This document shows, piece after piece, positions 14,608 to 27,573 of a DNA stretch of 64,000 bases. The notes below the pieces were generated by a model. It saw nothing but the letters and a program-made list of their open reading frames with translations, was not told the DNA's origin and did not search any database. Each line of letters starts with the position of its first letter. Position 1 is the stretch's first letter. The stretch spans positions 1 to 64,000 of the forward strand of contig NIVC01000782.1 in assembly GCA_002269645.1 (NCBI GenBank). Reading direction: 5' to 3'. The DNA is from Macrostomum lignano (lineage: Eukaryota). The translations under genes and the position numbers were made by a program.

Positions 14608-15010
14608 ACCGGGAATTAAGCATTGGAGAACAATTAACCACCGGGAATTAAGCATTGGAGAACAATTCATCACTGGGAATTAAGCATTGGAGAACAATTA
14701 ATCACTGGGAATTAAGCATTGGAGAAAAATAAATCACTGGGAATTAAGCATTTGAGAACAATTAACCACCGGGAATTAAGCATTGGAGAACAATTCATCA
14801 CTGGGAATTAAGCATTGGAGAACAATTAATCACTGGGAATTAAGCATTGGAGAAAAATAAATCACTGGGAATTAAGCATTGGAGAACAATTAATCACTGG
14901 GAATTAAGCATTGGAGAAAAATAAATCACTGGGAATTAAGCATTGGAGAACAATTAATCACCGGGAATTAAGCATTGGAGAAAAATAAATCACTGGGAGT
15001 TAAACATTGG
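14608..15010. repeat. 32-33-bp minisatellite x~12 (CACTGGGAATTAAGCATTGGAGAACAATTAAT)
   Basis: Direct. Confidence 0.95.
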
Positions 15011-15119
15011 ATTTACATTTATTATTAGTGAACCGAATTCCGTGCAATCTTCAGACATTGACAACCAGGTAGCACCCCTCCGAGCTGGCAGCAGACAAAC
15101 CACCTAACACCCCAACCTG

Positions 15120-15133
15120 CACACACACACACA

Positions 15134-15170
<37 letters not shown>
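15120..15170. repeat. (CA)n microsatellite
   Basis: Direct. Confidence 0.95.
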
Positions 15171-15175
<5 letters not shown>

Positions 15176-16238
15176 ACACCAACTGCAGACGCAGAGACGC
15201 TAGACGAAATGAAACAGGTAAGAGAAGTGCACGCCTTAGACACTCGAAGCTCACACAAACAGAGCGAAATTAGAGAAAGATGAGCTGGCACCAGCTGCGA
15301 GCACCAGAGCAACAACTAAGCACAAAACTGCACGAACCATCCACAAGTGCAGGAACTCCTATCTCAAAGAAAGGCGGGACGTACAACTGTCAGTGCAAGA
15401 ACTGCAGAGCTAAGGCAGGCTACCCAGTGAAGGCTTCAAAAAAAAAACTATAATCTACCGCATTTCACTACACGATTTTTACTCATTGAGCACTGCTCTG
15501 CGGGACTGCAACACACTGCCAGCGCAATCAACAACACGCGTAAATGAAAACACAAAGTTGATGAGTTTAAAAATGACCAAATTTGGATAAACAGTACAAC
15601 CAACGCATGATTGAACTAAAAATAACCGACTGCATTTGCCAATATGATTAGATAATAAAGAAAACACAGAAAGGCAATGTCAATTATCCCAAGCTAAGGA
15701 AACTATAGCAGATAGCAGAGTGAGAAATATTGTAAGAATTTAGTGCTCAGAAACTGCAAACTGCCTATCTCGCATTATGCAGCAAACACCAGCCTCCAGC
15801 CAAATTGGCACAGTTTGTGAGTGCAGCGTCCTTCAGCTGCTTCAGCTGTCCAAAGCGCATGATGCATTCAGCAGCTTTCAAGAGTCCGCTATTGGTCGCC
15901 TACGATGGGCAAATCCAGGAGCGCATTGGGGCAACGCATTAAAGTTGGTAATGAACCGTTTTCAACTGGATAAGTTAAAGTGGTGGCAGCCTCTCCTACT
16001 GGGCCAGTGACGATAATTATTTCACAAATAAAAAAATTTACGACTAAACTGGTGAGTCTGCGATACCCTTATTTGAGTTCCCATAACCGTCTCACCTGTC
16101 CTCAGTCTAATCACGTCTTTGTTCAGTTGAGTTCGGCTTAGATCCTCTTCAACACTAGCCCTTCAATACCGAGTCCCACCTCACCGAATTTGATAATTCT
16201 GAGTTATTTCGATCAACAGTTCGGACAGGAATACCGAC

Positions 16239-17355
16239 ATGACTTACCGGAGAAGATGCACTTTTGAAGTCGTGCTTTCTGTCTGCTTGACAGCTGCAAT
16301 GGCTGCGGAAGTCGTCAGTTCGGGTGTGCAGTTCTCCGCTGCCAGGACGAGCAGTGCTGTCGCTCCGTCGGAGCTTCTGGTGCAGCCCGAAGACAGCGAA
16401 ATCGGCTGCGGCATTGTGTGCAGCCGCAGGTCCGACTGTTTCGGCTTCTACTGGCTGCTCGGCGCGTGCCGGCTGTTCGACTTGAAGGCGTTTTTCAATG
16501 CCAGCGCCTGGGTCAGCATCGGCACGTGTGACGTCTTCGTGCGAGGTGAGTCACCTGATCGCAGTTGCATATTGCGCATCCGCAGTGGCGTTTGCAGAAG
16601 GGAGGCCGTGACCTGAAAAAATCGCGCTCTCCAGAAACTTATTAAAAAAGGACAACAAGCTATACGAATGACATGCATAAGAGCGCAACTTTTGTCCCAT
16701 CTTTGACATGCCTGACACCTGCCGTGGAGATAAGACCCGTCAAGAGACAGCTGGAAGCTCACCAAGAAACAGGGGTGCCCACTAAGAGACAGTGTCCAAC
16801 AGAACACCAAATGCTGGCGCCCCTTGGGGTTGCGCCCCTCCAATTAAAATTCCTGGTTTCGTCAGTGCGCATCTTCGTTGCGTCTGATTAAATGTATTAT
16901 CGCGTGAGCGCAACGACAACAAATAACTGCTTGCATGTACCTAAATTACAGATTTTACACCTAAGAAACTGCCGATTGCCAGCTGCAGCGAAAGCTCATC
17001 GATGGTGTCGTGCAGCCGCGCCATCGACGGCAACACGAATCGATTTTATGATCAAAACTCCTGCACTCACACTCACAACGGCCTCAGTGAGTGGTGGGAA
17101 GGCAGTCTCACGGCTCCATCTCTCGTGTCATTCGTCACCATCTACAACAGGCAGGACTGCTGCGCTAACGCACTAAACAAGTTCGACATTCTTGTGGACG
17201 GGTCTGTGTGCAACCAGGTGAGGCGCAGCACTCCGTTCTCTGTTTCCGACTTTATCTGCAACGCCCACGGCTCGAAAATCCGCATCTTGAGTCGCAGCGA
17301 TCCGGCAGAGCCCGTAACCATCTGCGAGTTCATGGCCTATGGCATCCAAGGTTAG
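16239..17355 (+). CDS. Secreted PAN/Apple + F-type lectin (fucolectin/FTP domain) protein (236 aa)
   Basis: Exon1 16239-16545 (hydrophobic leader VVLSVCLTAAMAA; PAN GCGIVCSRRSDCFGFYWLLGACRLF), GTGAGT donor, TTACAG acceptor, phase 1. Exon2 16952-17355 with RAIDGN...SCTHT...WW...VTIYNRQDCC...TICEFMAYG, typical of the FTP fold. Confidence 0.9.
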
Positions 17356-18289
17356 CAAGAGATTTGAGCACTGTGGTGTCCGATTTTTTGGGATCGCAGT
17401 ACAATACGTGTATATTCAACTGGGGGGGGGGGTGATAGGTTACAGCAGTAGTTTTTGCTTGGCTCGAAAGCTTACATGTTTTATATTGCTAATTTGTGCA
17501 TTGCTAAATAAAGCAGGTAACTGAAAAGGGACACCTGTCTTTTTACCTTACAGAATTTTAGAAAAAACAAACCGCGCCTACAACTTCAAATCTGCTTAGC
17601 CAGCCAGCGAAACCAATTTTGAATCTTCGGAGTTGTGTTCAACCATTTCAACAAAATGCGATCGACTGCAGAAACGCGAACTTCAACTGAAAAAATAATA
17701 ATTAAATTAAATTAAAGATACTGGAACAAGAAAAATTACTATATATTTCTTTAATAAATTTTACCTTATTTGAACTTAACATCTAAATTTTTATGCGAAT
17801 TTGTGTGCACCCGCAAGCTACATGTATATGTATCCCCTTGGTTTCATTTCGGCCCTTGCTGTTTATGTTCACTTTCCGACCAGCAAACAATTTTCTGTTG
17901 TTTTTTCTCTTGCCAATACTATTTTTTCTGCTGACCAAAAAAGTCTCTATTTTTTAGTCATGCAAAACTTGGAAGTCTAAAATTTTACCTACAAACTAAA
18001 AGACCAATCGCTAATATATCTTTTCTAGCAAAGTTACATACGAGTAATTACGAGGTAGTATTTTTCTTTTAATTTGTCCGCCTCTTGGCCATAAATTGTT
18101 TGAGTATTGTTCTTCAGATTCAAATCTTATCTTTTCAGCATGCGCGTTTCGCACCGAAGGACGCCAAAATGGCTAGTCTATATACTATTCTTGCACTCAG
18201 ACAAGTATCAGTATGCATAAACAAGTGTATACGCTCGTACGGAGGGATATTTTTTCAAAAATGAGCAAAGCCATTTTAAGCCAATCATT

Positions 18290-18560
18290 GTTTCTCATCG
18301 CTCTTCTCACTCACTGTCTCTACTCTTCTCTCCCCTCTCTCCTTTACTATTCCCTCTCTCCCCTTCTCTCCCCTTTCTCCCCTCTCTTCTCTTCCCTCTC
18401 TCCTCTTATCTCCCCTTTCTCCCCTCTCTTCTCTTCCCTCTCTCCTCTTATCTCCCGTTTCTCCTACTCTCCCTCTCTCTTATTTCTTCTCTTCCCTCCT
18501 CTACCCTCCCCTCTCTCCTCTTCTCTCATCTAGCTCATCTTCTATTCTTTCTACTTTCCA
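18290..18560. repeat. CT-rich low-complexity tract
   Basis: Direct. Confidence 0.9.
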
Positions 18561-19949
18561 CTCTCATGTGGCTCGCAGGCCGCAGTCATGAGTTGGAGTC
18601 TCTCTCTCGCCCATCAGGTAAAAAATCTTGCTGACTCCTAATCTATACAATTTTTTTGACAGTTGGCAAGCAATTACGAGCCAACTTAATTGGAGCTTCA
18701 ATTTGCTTGTGCCTCCATCATAAAAGCATAAAGTAGACAGTTTATGACCGCCCCATGGGAGGGCCCAGCCCACAAATTTTAATTTCTCTCCTGCAGGAGT
18801 GTTGGCCTCGGTGGGGTCAGCCTGCAGAGCTCGCCCATGATGGCTGGGTGGGATACGAGAGCCCATTATGGAGGAGCCGCTGTTGGGGCTATGGGTGTGG
18901 TGTAGCAAAAGCCGTATTAGCTAGGGGAATGGCGCCGATTCAAATTCCATATAGTTTTAAATTAAACATGAGAAATTTAGGGGTTAGCGAGGGAATTTTA
19001 GCGGGAAATTTAGCGAGGGAGAGAGATAAGAATAGCAAGACTGAACTGGGCAGAAAGGGTGCTGAATAAGGAATGAGGGGTGGAGTGCGCGACTAAGGAA
19101 AGAAACGAGATTCAAGAGCCAATCAGAAGGCTGCGAGAGAGAGAGATAAGAATAGCAAGACTGAACTGGACAGAGAAGGAGAGAAGTCAGAGCAAAGAGA
19201 GACAAGTGCAAATGAACTGAAGAAATGACTAAGAAAGTCGCGATATAAACATTGAAATTCTGTCTTCTGCAACCTAAATTTATGATTTCTTGACTCTTAA
19301 GATTGATCATAAAATTGATACTGATAAAACTGCTCATTGCAATTCAGTCCTGGAGAAACTTTAGCTTAGCATACGATTGTGATTACACGCTTATTGTCAC
19401 GCTTAGGTAGACAAATGCCATCCCAGCATTGCCGTTTGATCAAAACCGTTAAAATAATCAGTTTGAAACCCGCGTTCACAAAGAAGTTCCTTTTTTCAAA
19501 GAACACACGCGGATATCGGTGCTGCTCTCCGTTAATCAGCACAATGTATGTGTGAAAATTCAGGTAGGGCTTGGATAGCTAGGGAAAGATACTAAATACC
19601 CTAGATGATTTATTCAACTATGTTTAGCAAAACTACTCTTTGTTCCATACAGAGTAGTATAAGCGTAAAAAGCAACATTTATTTTATTCAACTAAATGAT
19701 GCATCAAACTTGGAGGCAAGGATCCCATCATTTAGTTGCAAATCCCACGCATTACCCTCACTTTTAAATTTTTTTTAATTTCAAGACAAAAAATAAAGCA
19801 AGTATACGCTTATGCCACTGAAAAAGATAGTAGTAGCAAGGTAAATTGACACAAAGATAGTGCTGATTGGACCATTTAGGGTATTTTGTATCTGTAAAGC
19901 GTTCTTCGTTTTTAGGTTCTCGGACTTTCAGACCGTACTTATCGACTAC

Positions 19950-20308
19950 CCTCTCCTCTCTTCTCTCCTCTCTCCTCTCTCCTCTCTCCTCTCTCCTCTC
20001 TCCTCTCTCCTCTCTCCTCTCTCCTCTCTCCTCTCTCCTCTCTCCTCTCTCCTCTCTCCTCTCTCCTCTCTCCTCTCTCCTCTCTCTTCTCTCCTCTCTC
20101 CTCTCTCTCCTCTCCTCTCTCTTCTCTCCTCTCTCCTCTCTCCTCTCTCCTCTCTCTTCTCTCCTCTCTCTTCTCTCCTCTCTCCTCTCTCTCCTCTCCT
20201 CTCTCCCTTCTCCTCTCTCCCCTCACCTCTTTCTTCTCTCCTCTCTCCGCATTCCTCTCTCTCCTCTCCTGTCTCTCTTCTCCTCTCTCCCCTCTCCTCT
20301 CTTCCCTA
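19950..20308. repeat. Polypyrimidine repeat (CTCTCCT)n
   Basis: Direct; explains the spurious SPLSSLL / ERGERRE ORFs. Confidence 0.95.
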
Positions 20309-21756
20309 GGTAGACAGTTAGAAAGATAGATAGATAGATTCTGCATTATCTTGCTACGAGTACTACGAGCTACTGTAACACGCTTAGTACGTGCGCAATG
20401 CACTTTAACATGGTTTTAAGCAAATTAGTGCTTTTTCATTTAAGATAGAAAATTAAAAGTTTATCTCGATACTTAGGTCAATACGCTTCACGAACGGAAC
20501 CGAAATACAAGCAAACTAATGAACTATCTTCGAGTGCACCTCGTTACATAATTGTCGGTAGGTGCTTGACCTTTGAGGCGTAGTTGGTGGCGGCGGTTCC
20601 CGAAGGCCCGGCTGCGCTGGTTGCAGGCTTGCTAGGCGGCTCACCAGCGGGGGTTGGATCCACCAACAGGGGTCGCTGAGGCTCTTTTCGGCCCAAAAGC
20701 AGCCTCGTCCTCCCTAGGCTTCCCCTCCGCAGGTGGCCGGCCCGCAGCTTCTCGTTGTCGCCGTCGCCGTTAAGAGCACGTCGGGCCTCCGCGGAGCACC
20801 CAGTTGCGCGTGCAGGCTTGTGGCCCCGGTGCGGCGGCGCTGGCGCTAGAAGCACCGGCCGGAGCTACCAGGGTCCCGGCTTCAGTGCGATTCTTCAGCC
20901 ATCAGCCCGACTTCGCTGCAGTAATTTTTACAACTAGCTAATTTCAGTAGTTTCAAATGGGTATAAATTTTCAAGTAGAAGAGCAAACTTCATCATTTCA
21001 ATCAGCCAGCCCGACCCAGAGAAGATCTGAGGACAAGCAGATCGATCAAAAGCTACCGCGGATTAGCTGGCCACGGGAAGAGATCCGCATCCAACTTAAC
21101 CAATGCGAAAACCCCCAACTCTGCTGCCCCTGCGAGGGCAGAGCAAACCCCCTAGCTACTGACTTTGAGTATCTTACAAAAGAAGGAGCGAGTCTGCTCC
21201 GCGTTTTGTTTAGCCGGGGCTCAGTGTCGGTCTCGAAATGGAAATTCACAATGTTTAAATGCTTCTATTTTCCTAAGCGATGGGGCTCAATTTCACCTGA
21301 GACCGGAGAGACTAAACACAATAGAGAGAAGCCAAGGCCTTTGGTATAGTCAAGATTGTTTAAGCAGGAAACAGAAAACTATTCTTACCTCAAGGCCCTG
21401 ATAAAGAATCCAGCTTGTTGTTGCGGGCCAGGTGGGAGAGGTAAGGAGAGGGAATGGAGGAGATAAAAGAGAAAAGAGAATGAAGATAAGATGAGAGAAG
21501 GCTAGAAAGATGAGAGGGGAGAAGAAAGGAAATAAGAAAAGAGGGAAGAGAGCTAGTAGAGAGCTGAGAGGAGACAGCTCTTCTCGGTTATTCTCTGTTC
21601 TTTTTCTTTTGAAGTTTCAAAGGACCCGAGAGCAGAATAGCGAGCAGCCGCATGTGGCCCGCGGACCTAGATTTTTCACTGTCCATTTTTTATCTTGTAT
21701 TGTACCATAAATGCACAAAAATTCACCTTTAGCGTTGATTCTTAGCTTCTCATTTC

Positions 21757-22563
21757 CAGTGTTGTAACTTAGGTTGCCAATTTTTAAAAAGTAACTTACG
21801 TTAGCCTAGTAACTTTAGACAAAAACCCGGTAACTTTTAAGTTACTGTCCTTTACTCACTTCCGTTACCCTTGTTATTAACAAAATTTTCTGCGTTTTTC
21901 ACATTGCACATTTTTTCACACTTTTGTTACCAAAATTTGCCATTGGGCATTGGGATTAACCGATTAACAGACAGAGACAGGAATTGGCGACACGATGCGA
22001 GGCAAGTAGAAGGACCAATGGCAATGGCAATCAATAATTAAAATTATAAATGATAAAATAAACGAATATCAATAATTCAATAGAGTAAAATAAATAGAAC
22101 TGTATAAAATGGTATAGTGTACTGCAGTGCCAGTGGAGGGACTTGTGGAGGCTATACAGATGACTTTCTTTCTTTGGATGTTTGTTTGAATCAAACTTGA
22201 AAATTTTTAGTAAATTGAAAATGAAAGGCGAAAATATTTTACCGAAATTAACAAAGTAAAACATGTTTCAAGTATTTCTTCATTAATTAGGCGCAATACC
22301 ATGTGATACTATTCACTTAATTTTGAATTTAGGAATGAAAAATGCAAAAACATGTGACAACCGGCGTACTAGCTAAGCATTTCAGTTTTAATTTTAAATA
22401 TTGCGATTGTTGCAAAGTAACTGTAACGGAATTCCGAAATTTGAGTAACTTACCGTTACTCCGTTACTAAAATAAAAAAGTAACTTGCGTAAGGAACGCT
22501 TTACGAAAAAGTAACTTGCGTTACCATTTGCAAGTTACTCGGTAACGGAAGTGTCCAACACTG
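21757..22563. mobile_element. Non-autonomous hAT-type element (MITE), 807 bp
   Basis: Ends CAGTGTTG...CAACACTG; identical 8-bp flanks CTCATTTC (21749-21756 and 22564-22571); many subterminal GTAAC/GTTAC motifs; no ORF. An 8-bp TSD and CAG termini are hAT hallmarks. Confidence 0.85.
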
Positions 22564-23203
22564 CTCATTTCTTCTCATCGCCAAGCGAGCAATCCTTACC
22601 TCAAAGGAACAAGTCTCGATAATATTTACTTCCGACCTGCTTTATGCTGATCAGCTTTGCATTGTACAGTCGCAATACGCGCCTAGCAGACCTACTCGTA
22701 AACTCGATTCTCGAAGCCGTCAGTTTAATTTAGCCAGCGAAGTCAACTGGCACGCACCGAGACTACTCATTGAGCAATTTGTTTCCTGTAAGAATCGCCC
22801 ATAAATGCAGTTCATATTGGTTGATAATTAAAACAAAACATTTTAATTGTGGATCTGTTTATATTGAAACAGGCACAACGCTGCAAGTATCAAGTTGTTA
22901 AAAAGACAAAGTAAACTACAGCGAACAGATTAAACGAAGAAACTTGGTACTCAACTCTGAGTTCAAACTCAAAAGCATCTGTCTCGTGAGTAGGATAGAC
23001 TGACAGGCTTAAGAACGGAAAACAAGACAGTAAAAGTACACCAGTAAAGACACCAGATAGATTCTGGCTTCATTGAGTTCCAATTAAATAACGAATGGAT
23101 GCTTCAGACCCATTCCACCAGCCTTCGTTCAACATTCCCAGAGTTCTGATTTGCTAATTATTGCAATCGATTCCATTCTCGCAACTTCTGGCTGCTCCCA
23201 GCC

Positions 23204-24098
23204 TCACGGCTTCATCCAGACGTACTCGAACTCGCTGGCCAATTCCTCGGGCACAGCGTGGAACTTCAGCAGGCGGCACATGCGGCCTGATGGCGAGAAG
23301 GCGCTGCCCAGGCAGCTCGGGCTGCTGTGGCAGGCGGCGCTGCACTCGAATTCAACTCTGGCTGGGAAACTGCTGTGAGTGATGGAGCTCTGAGCGCTGC
23401 TCATGTTGGGCATCGATGCAGCTGCCAGCTTCTTCGAAATGTTTTCATCTGGTTGGCATAAATGGTGATTTGATGTTTTGCTAGCAATCCAATTGCTGTT
23501 CTTTTGCATAAAATATTGAGCCCCTGGTGCTAAAGCCCCTGGTGCTGGCCTGCATTCAACGCTTCAGCTTACAAGCTTATTCCTTTCAACATACACACCC
23601 GAACGGAACCCATCATGTGCACGACGCCAAAGTTACCCATACTGATAAACATTTCATTCGCTTACACTTCGGGTAGGTGATTTCATAGATTGAATTTCTA
23701 TTGGCACCACCGCACACCTGCGATGCATTCCCGCCGCATTGAAGGTTGCACTGGGAGTCAGGAGCGGCTCCGAGAGAGCCGTAGGCCGACCCGCAGCAGC
23801 AGTACTCGGCAAACTGAACTCCGAAGTAGCGGAATCGGCCGTAATTGCAGATGTCGGCGCACAGTTGCAGCGTCATCTCGCCCGGCTTCTGCACAAAGGC
23901 GGGCACAGTCGGTTTCGTGGCGTACGGACCGAACTTGACAATGCCTTGAAGTCCTCGCAAGTCTCGGTTGCTGTCATCGCCGTCCGCATAGCAGCCGATG
24001 TACTGAAAACCCAGCAGACTCGGCGTTGCGGAGGCCATGCAGCACCAGAGACAAGTGTGCAACAGAAAACAACCAGCGAAGAGGGTTTCTAACGGCAT
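23204..24098 (-). CDS. WSC-PAN secreted protein, paralog C (225 aa)
   Basis: Exon1 24098-23666 (MPLETLFAGCFLLHTCLWCCMASA leader + WSC QYIGCYADG...MTLQLCADIC...YCCCG...CGG...NSIY), GTAAGC donor, phase 1. Exon2 23448-23204 (245 nt; ECSAACHSSPSCLGSAFSPSGRMCRLL...EYVWMKP*). Confidence 0.9.
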
Positions 24099-24284
24099 AT
24101 CCTTACCGCTCACTTTTATTGTGGCCGCTGCTTTGCAACTTTGATGCAGACTTCGCGTTGATATCATTGATATTGTCATCATTATATCTATACCTGCTGC
24201 TGCTCTGTCATTGGATACAGCTCCTATGCACACTGGATGCTTGTCATTGGATAGCAAATGCATTTGCAACGCAATTCCCAGCTT

Positions 24285-24573
24285 TCTAAGAATACCTGTT
24301 CACGATTCTAAGAATAACTGTTTACGCTTCTAAGAATAACTGTTCACGATTCTAAGAATACCTGTTCACGATTCTAGGAATACCTGTTCACGATTCTAAG
24401 AATACCCGTTCACGATTCTAAGAATACCTGTTCACGATTCTAGGAATACCTGTTCACGATTCTAAGAATACCCGTTCACGATTCTAAGAATACCTGTTCA
24501 CGATTCTAGGAATACCTGTTCACGATTCTAAGAATACCTGTTCACGATTCTAAGAATACCCGTTCACGATTCT
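24285..24573. repeat. 22-bp minisatellite x~13 (TCTAAGAATACCTGTTCACGAT)
   Basis: Direct. Confidence 0.95.
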
Positions 24574-24582
24574 GAACAAGAT

Positions 24583-24683
24583 TCCCCAATTCCCCACACT
24601 CCAATTCCCCACACCCCAATTCCCCATACCCCAATTCCCCACACCCCAATTCCCCACACCCCAATACCCCACGCCCCAATTTC
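24583..24683. repeat. 15-bp C-rich repeat x~6 (CCCCAATTCCCCACA)
   Basis: Direct. Confidence 0.9.
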
Positions 24684-24984
24684 CGCGACCTACCGGCCAA
24701 TGCCCGCCCGTCCACTCCGAGGGGTTGCCGGCCAGGGCACCGCTGTCCAGCGCCGGTCTCCGACTCTACCTGGCTCACGAGGGCGTTGATAAAGCGGCGC
24801 AGCTGGGGCAAAATCTCGTACGAAAAGTAGTCCATGGGTCACAGGCGGATGACCGGGGCTACCTGAGCTCGGAGGGTTCTGGTTAAGAAAGACTAGTTGT
24901 GAAATGTACAGTGATTAAGGGCCCGTGCACACCTTTAAACACCCCAAGCCACCACGAAAATGATGAGGTCAGTCCTCCCTAAAG

Positions 24985-25440
24985 TCACCTTGAAAATAAG
25001 GGGTCAGTCCCCCAAAGCTACCTGGATAATGAGGGGGTCAGTCCACCTAAGCTACCTGGAGAATGAGGGGTCAGTCGCGGCATAAGCTAGCTGGATAATG
25101 AGGGGGTCAGTCCCGGCCTAAGCTACCTGGATAATGAGGAGTCAGTCCCGGCCTAAGCTACCTGGGTAATGAGGAGTCAGTCCTGGCCTAAGCTGCCTGG
25201 GTAATGAGGGGGTCAGTTCCCCTAAGCTACCTGGATAATGAGGAGACAGTCCCCCTAAGCTACCTGGATAATGAGTGGATCAGTCCCCCTAAGCTACCTG
25301 GATAATGAAGAGATCAGTCCCCCTAAGCTACCTGGGTGATGAGGGGGTCAGTCCCCCTAAGCTACCTGGATAATGAGGGGTCAGTCCCCCTAAGCTACCT
25401 GGATAATGAGGGGTCAGTCCCCCTCAGCTACCTAGCTCGT
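24985..25440. repeat. 33-34-bp minisatellite x~13 (GTCAGTCCCCCTAAGCTACCTGGATAATGAGGG)
   Basis: Direct. Confidence 0.9.
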
Positions 25441-25529
25441 AAGTTATCCCTGCCTTCCACGTCGTCCGTGGGAACAGCAATCAGGGCGGCCTTGACGGAA
25501 ATTAGCAATCATCCTTCAACATCAGAGGC

Positions 25530-26362
25530 GCGTCACCAGCTACTTCGGCTTCTCCAGTTTCTCGGGCCGTTGCAACGATCTCTACCGCCTCTCCTGCTAC
25601 ACCTAGCATTGATGTCAACGCACTCCTCGCCTCCATGACCGCGATGATGCAGCAGAACTAGCAGCTCATGCAACAGCTCGCTGCCACAGTCCATTCATCC
25701 ACGACACCAGCTGCCTCAACTCCCGCATCAGCTGCTCACGATCCGGCCCTGCTGCATTTTCGGGCTTCTGAGACGCCTTGGTCTACCGCGTCTACCGCTG
25801 CAGCCAAAACAATGTCGAAAAATTCGAGGAACTTCGTGGTCTGCTCTCCAGCTTCGCTCTCAAGAAGCTTGGTACCCTCGACGCATGCCAATCAAACGCC
25901 TACGCGGAGGCCTACCGTGTCCTCCAGGCCAACTACGCCGACACACAGCTCGAGAACTTCACAGACGTCCTACGCCAGGCCAACGGCCAGCTACTGCACG
26001 AGCTTGCCTGCACTCTCGACAGCTGCGTCTACGCACTCTGGAGCTGCCTGTTGCTCAGCCACAGTGCCAGCTGTGCCATTCGTCTCCGCCAGCCTTCTGG
26101 GCAACGCTGCGTCCCGGCCACCATCCACTCGCAGCACAGGCGGCCACCGACCGTCAGCAGATCCTCGCACCGATGCTGCGCACCAACCATCTTCATCCCT
26201 CGCCCCTTCTGCCAACAACAGAAGCTCAAGCTCAGCTGCCTCTACGACAACAGCTCCTACCACATTGCCAGGTCCTGCATAACCGATAACCGGCTCAAGA
26301 TCATCCGAGAAAAACCTCTGTCGCAACTACCTCTGCCGCCACGACACACGGAACTTTCGTGA
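25530..26362 (+). mobile_element. Degenerate LTR-retrotransposon gag (Gypsy- or BEL-like)
   Basis: Frameshifted ORF: LLASMTAMMQQN*QLMQQL...; KFEELRGLLSSFALKKLGTL...YAEAYRVLQANY (gag-like helices); CLYDNSSYHIARSC is a CCHC knuckle with the second C replaced by D. Confidence 0.55.
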
Positions 26363-27304
26363 CACCCCGACGATGCCCCGAGTGTGACGGACCGCACCAC
26401 ACACACCCACACTAGTCCTGGGAGTCACCTTTGAGAGACATTAGCTACCTTCAAAACCATACTTAGATTCTACTTAAACTACTATGAACCACCAAGACCA
26501 GCTGGAAGTCCTGATAAGAGATGTCAGAACTCCACCCCATTTCTCATAGGTAAGGCATGTAATGCAGGTGTTATGAATCCGTTCTCAATCAGCTGATGCT
26601 CGTGGTGAGGCTAAAATTTCAGATCAATTTTTTTAGAATGGCCGGGCCGTCATAGTTACGCATTGCGTTCCCTGCGTCACAGAGCATATCTCTATCTCCA
26701 TTCAGAATTGCCGTTACATTAACAGCAACCCCTTTACTCAAGCAGCAATACTGATTGACCCAACTGATAGAGCTTCGCCACTGCTTCACTTTGTGAGTTT
26801 ATGAGGCAGGTTCTCGGCTCGCCTGCTCCGTTTGGCTCTCTGGGTCCGTCCGAAGGTTACTGCATTTATTGAGTCAGACATGGTACTCTTCTATGCTGCA
26901 ATACGGAAATCTACTCAATCTCTTTTAGCTTCGTGCGGACCGCTTGTAGTTAGGATAATGCAACAAAGCAAACTTACTGGGCTCTACGAGTATTTAAAGA
27001 ATTAGTTTGCCAGCAGGTAAAAGTTCAACAATAATTGTAAAAATAGCCCGGGCAAACAGTGCTATCAATTAAATCAATCAACCGTTACGAAATTAGTTTC
27101 GTAACTAACTATACCGCATACGATCGTATAGTTTCTTCAGTTAACAAAAAATGCTTTCAATTTTGTGCAATTTTTTTAGAAAATTCACTTGTGCTTGTTT
27201 AGCAATTTTCATGGCATCAGAACAGCGGAGATCAATCATGGGCAGCCGAAGCAGAATGACGCTGAACTTGCGATGAAAAGCTGCAAACTAATCTCTCATA
27301 TCCA

Positions 27305-27573
27305 TGTTGCTGGATTGGCTGGTGCAGCGTCCTCAATTCTATTTTAGTGGTCCGTGAGTGCAGCATGGACTTACAAGAGAGCCAAATGCAGCTGCATCTC
27401 ACTGGCTGGGACCCCTGGAAACCAGACAGCCATTCCCGAGTCAAGCAAACTCCAGAGCCCAATTGCACTCAAAACATAAGCCAGTAGCCAGGGACCGGTT
27501 CACAGCACAGAGCAGGCACATTCGGAAACCCCAAAACTCCAAACACTGACCATAAAGACCAGCAGAGGATCAA
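27305..27573 (+). promoter_or_regulatory. Conserved ~270-bp upstream/5'UTR block shared by paralogs D, E (31995-32249) and G (36990-37237)
   Basis: Near-identical motifs in the same order (GATTGGC...AAATGCAGCTG...CCAGACAGCCATTC...AAAACATAAG...AAACACTGACCATAAAGACC...ATCAAATG). A regulatory role is inferred, not shown. Confidence 0.5.

Noticed and set aside
19860-20403. SPLSSLL / ERGERRE repeat ORFs
   Set aside because: Translations of a CT-rich simple repeat.
20544-20900. GC-rich minus-strand ORF ending NYASKVK, possibly a LINE ORF1 start
   Set aside because: Too short and low in complexity to assign.
18560-21700. ATGTGGC(T/C)CGC motifs and opposed CT/GA tracts suggesting a large hAT element
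   Set aside because: No matching TIR or TSD found; the similarity is mostly low-complexity.
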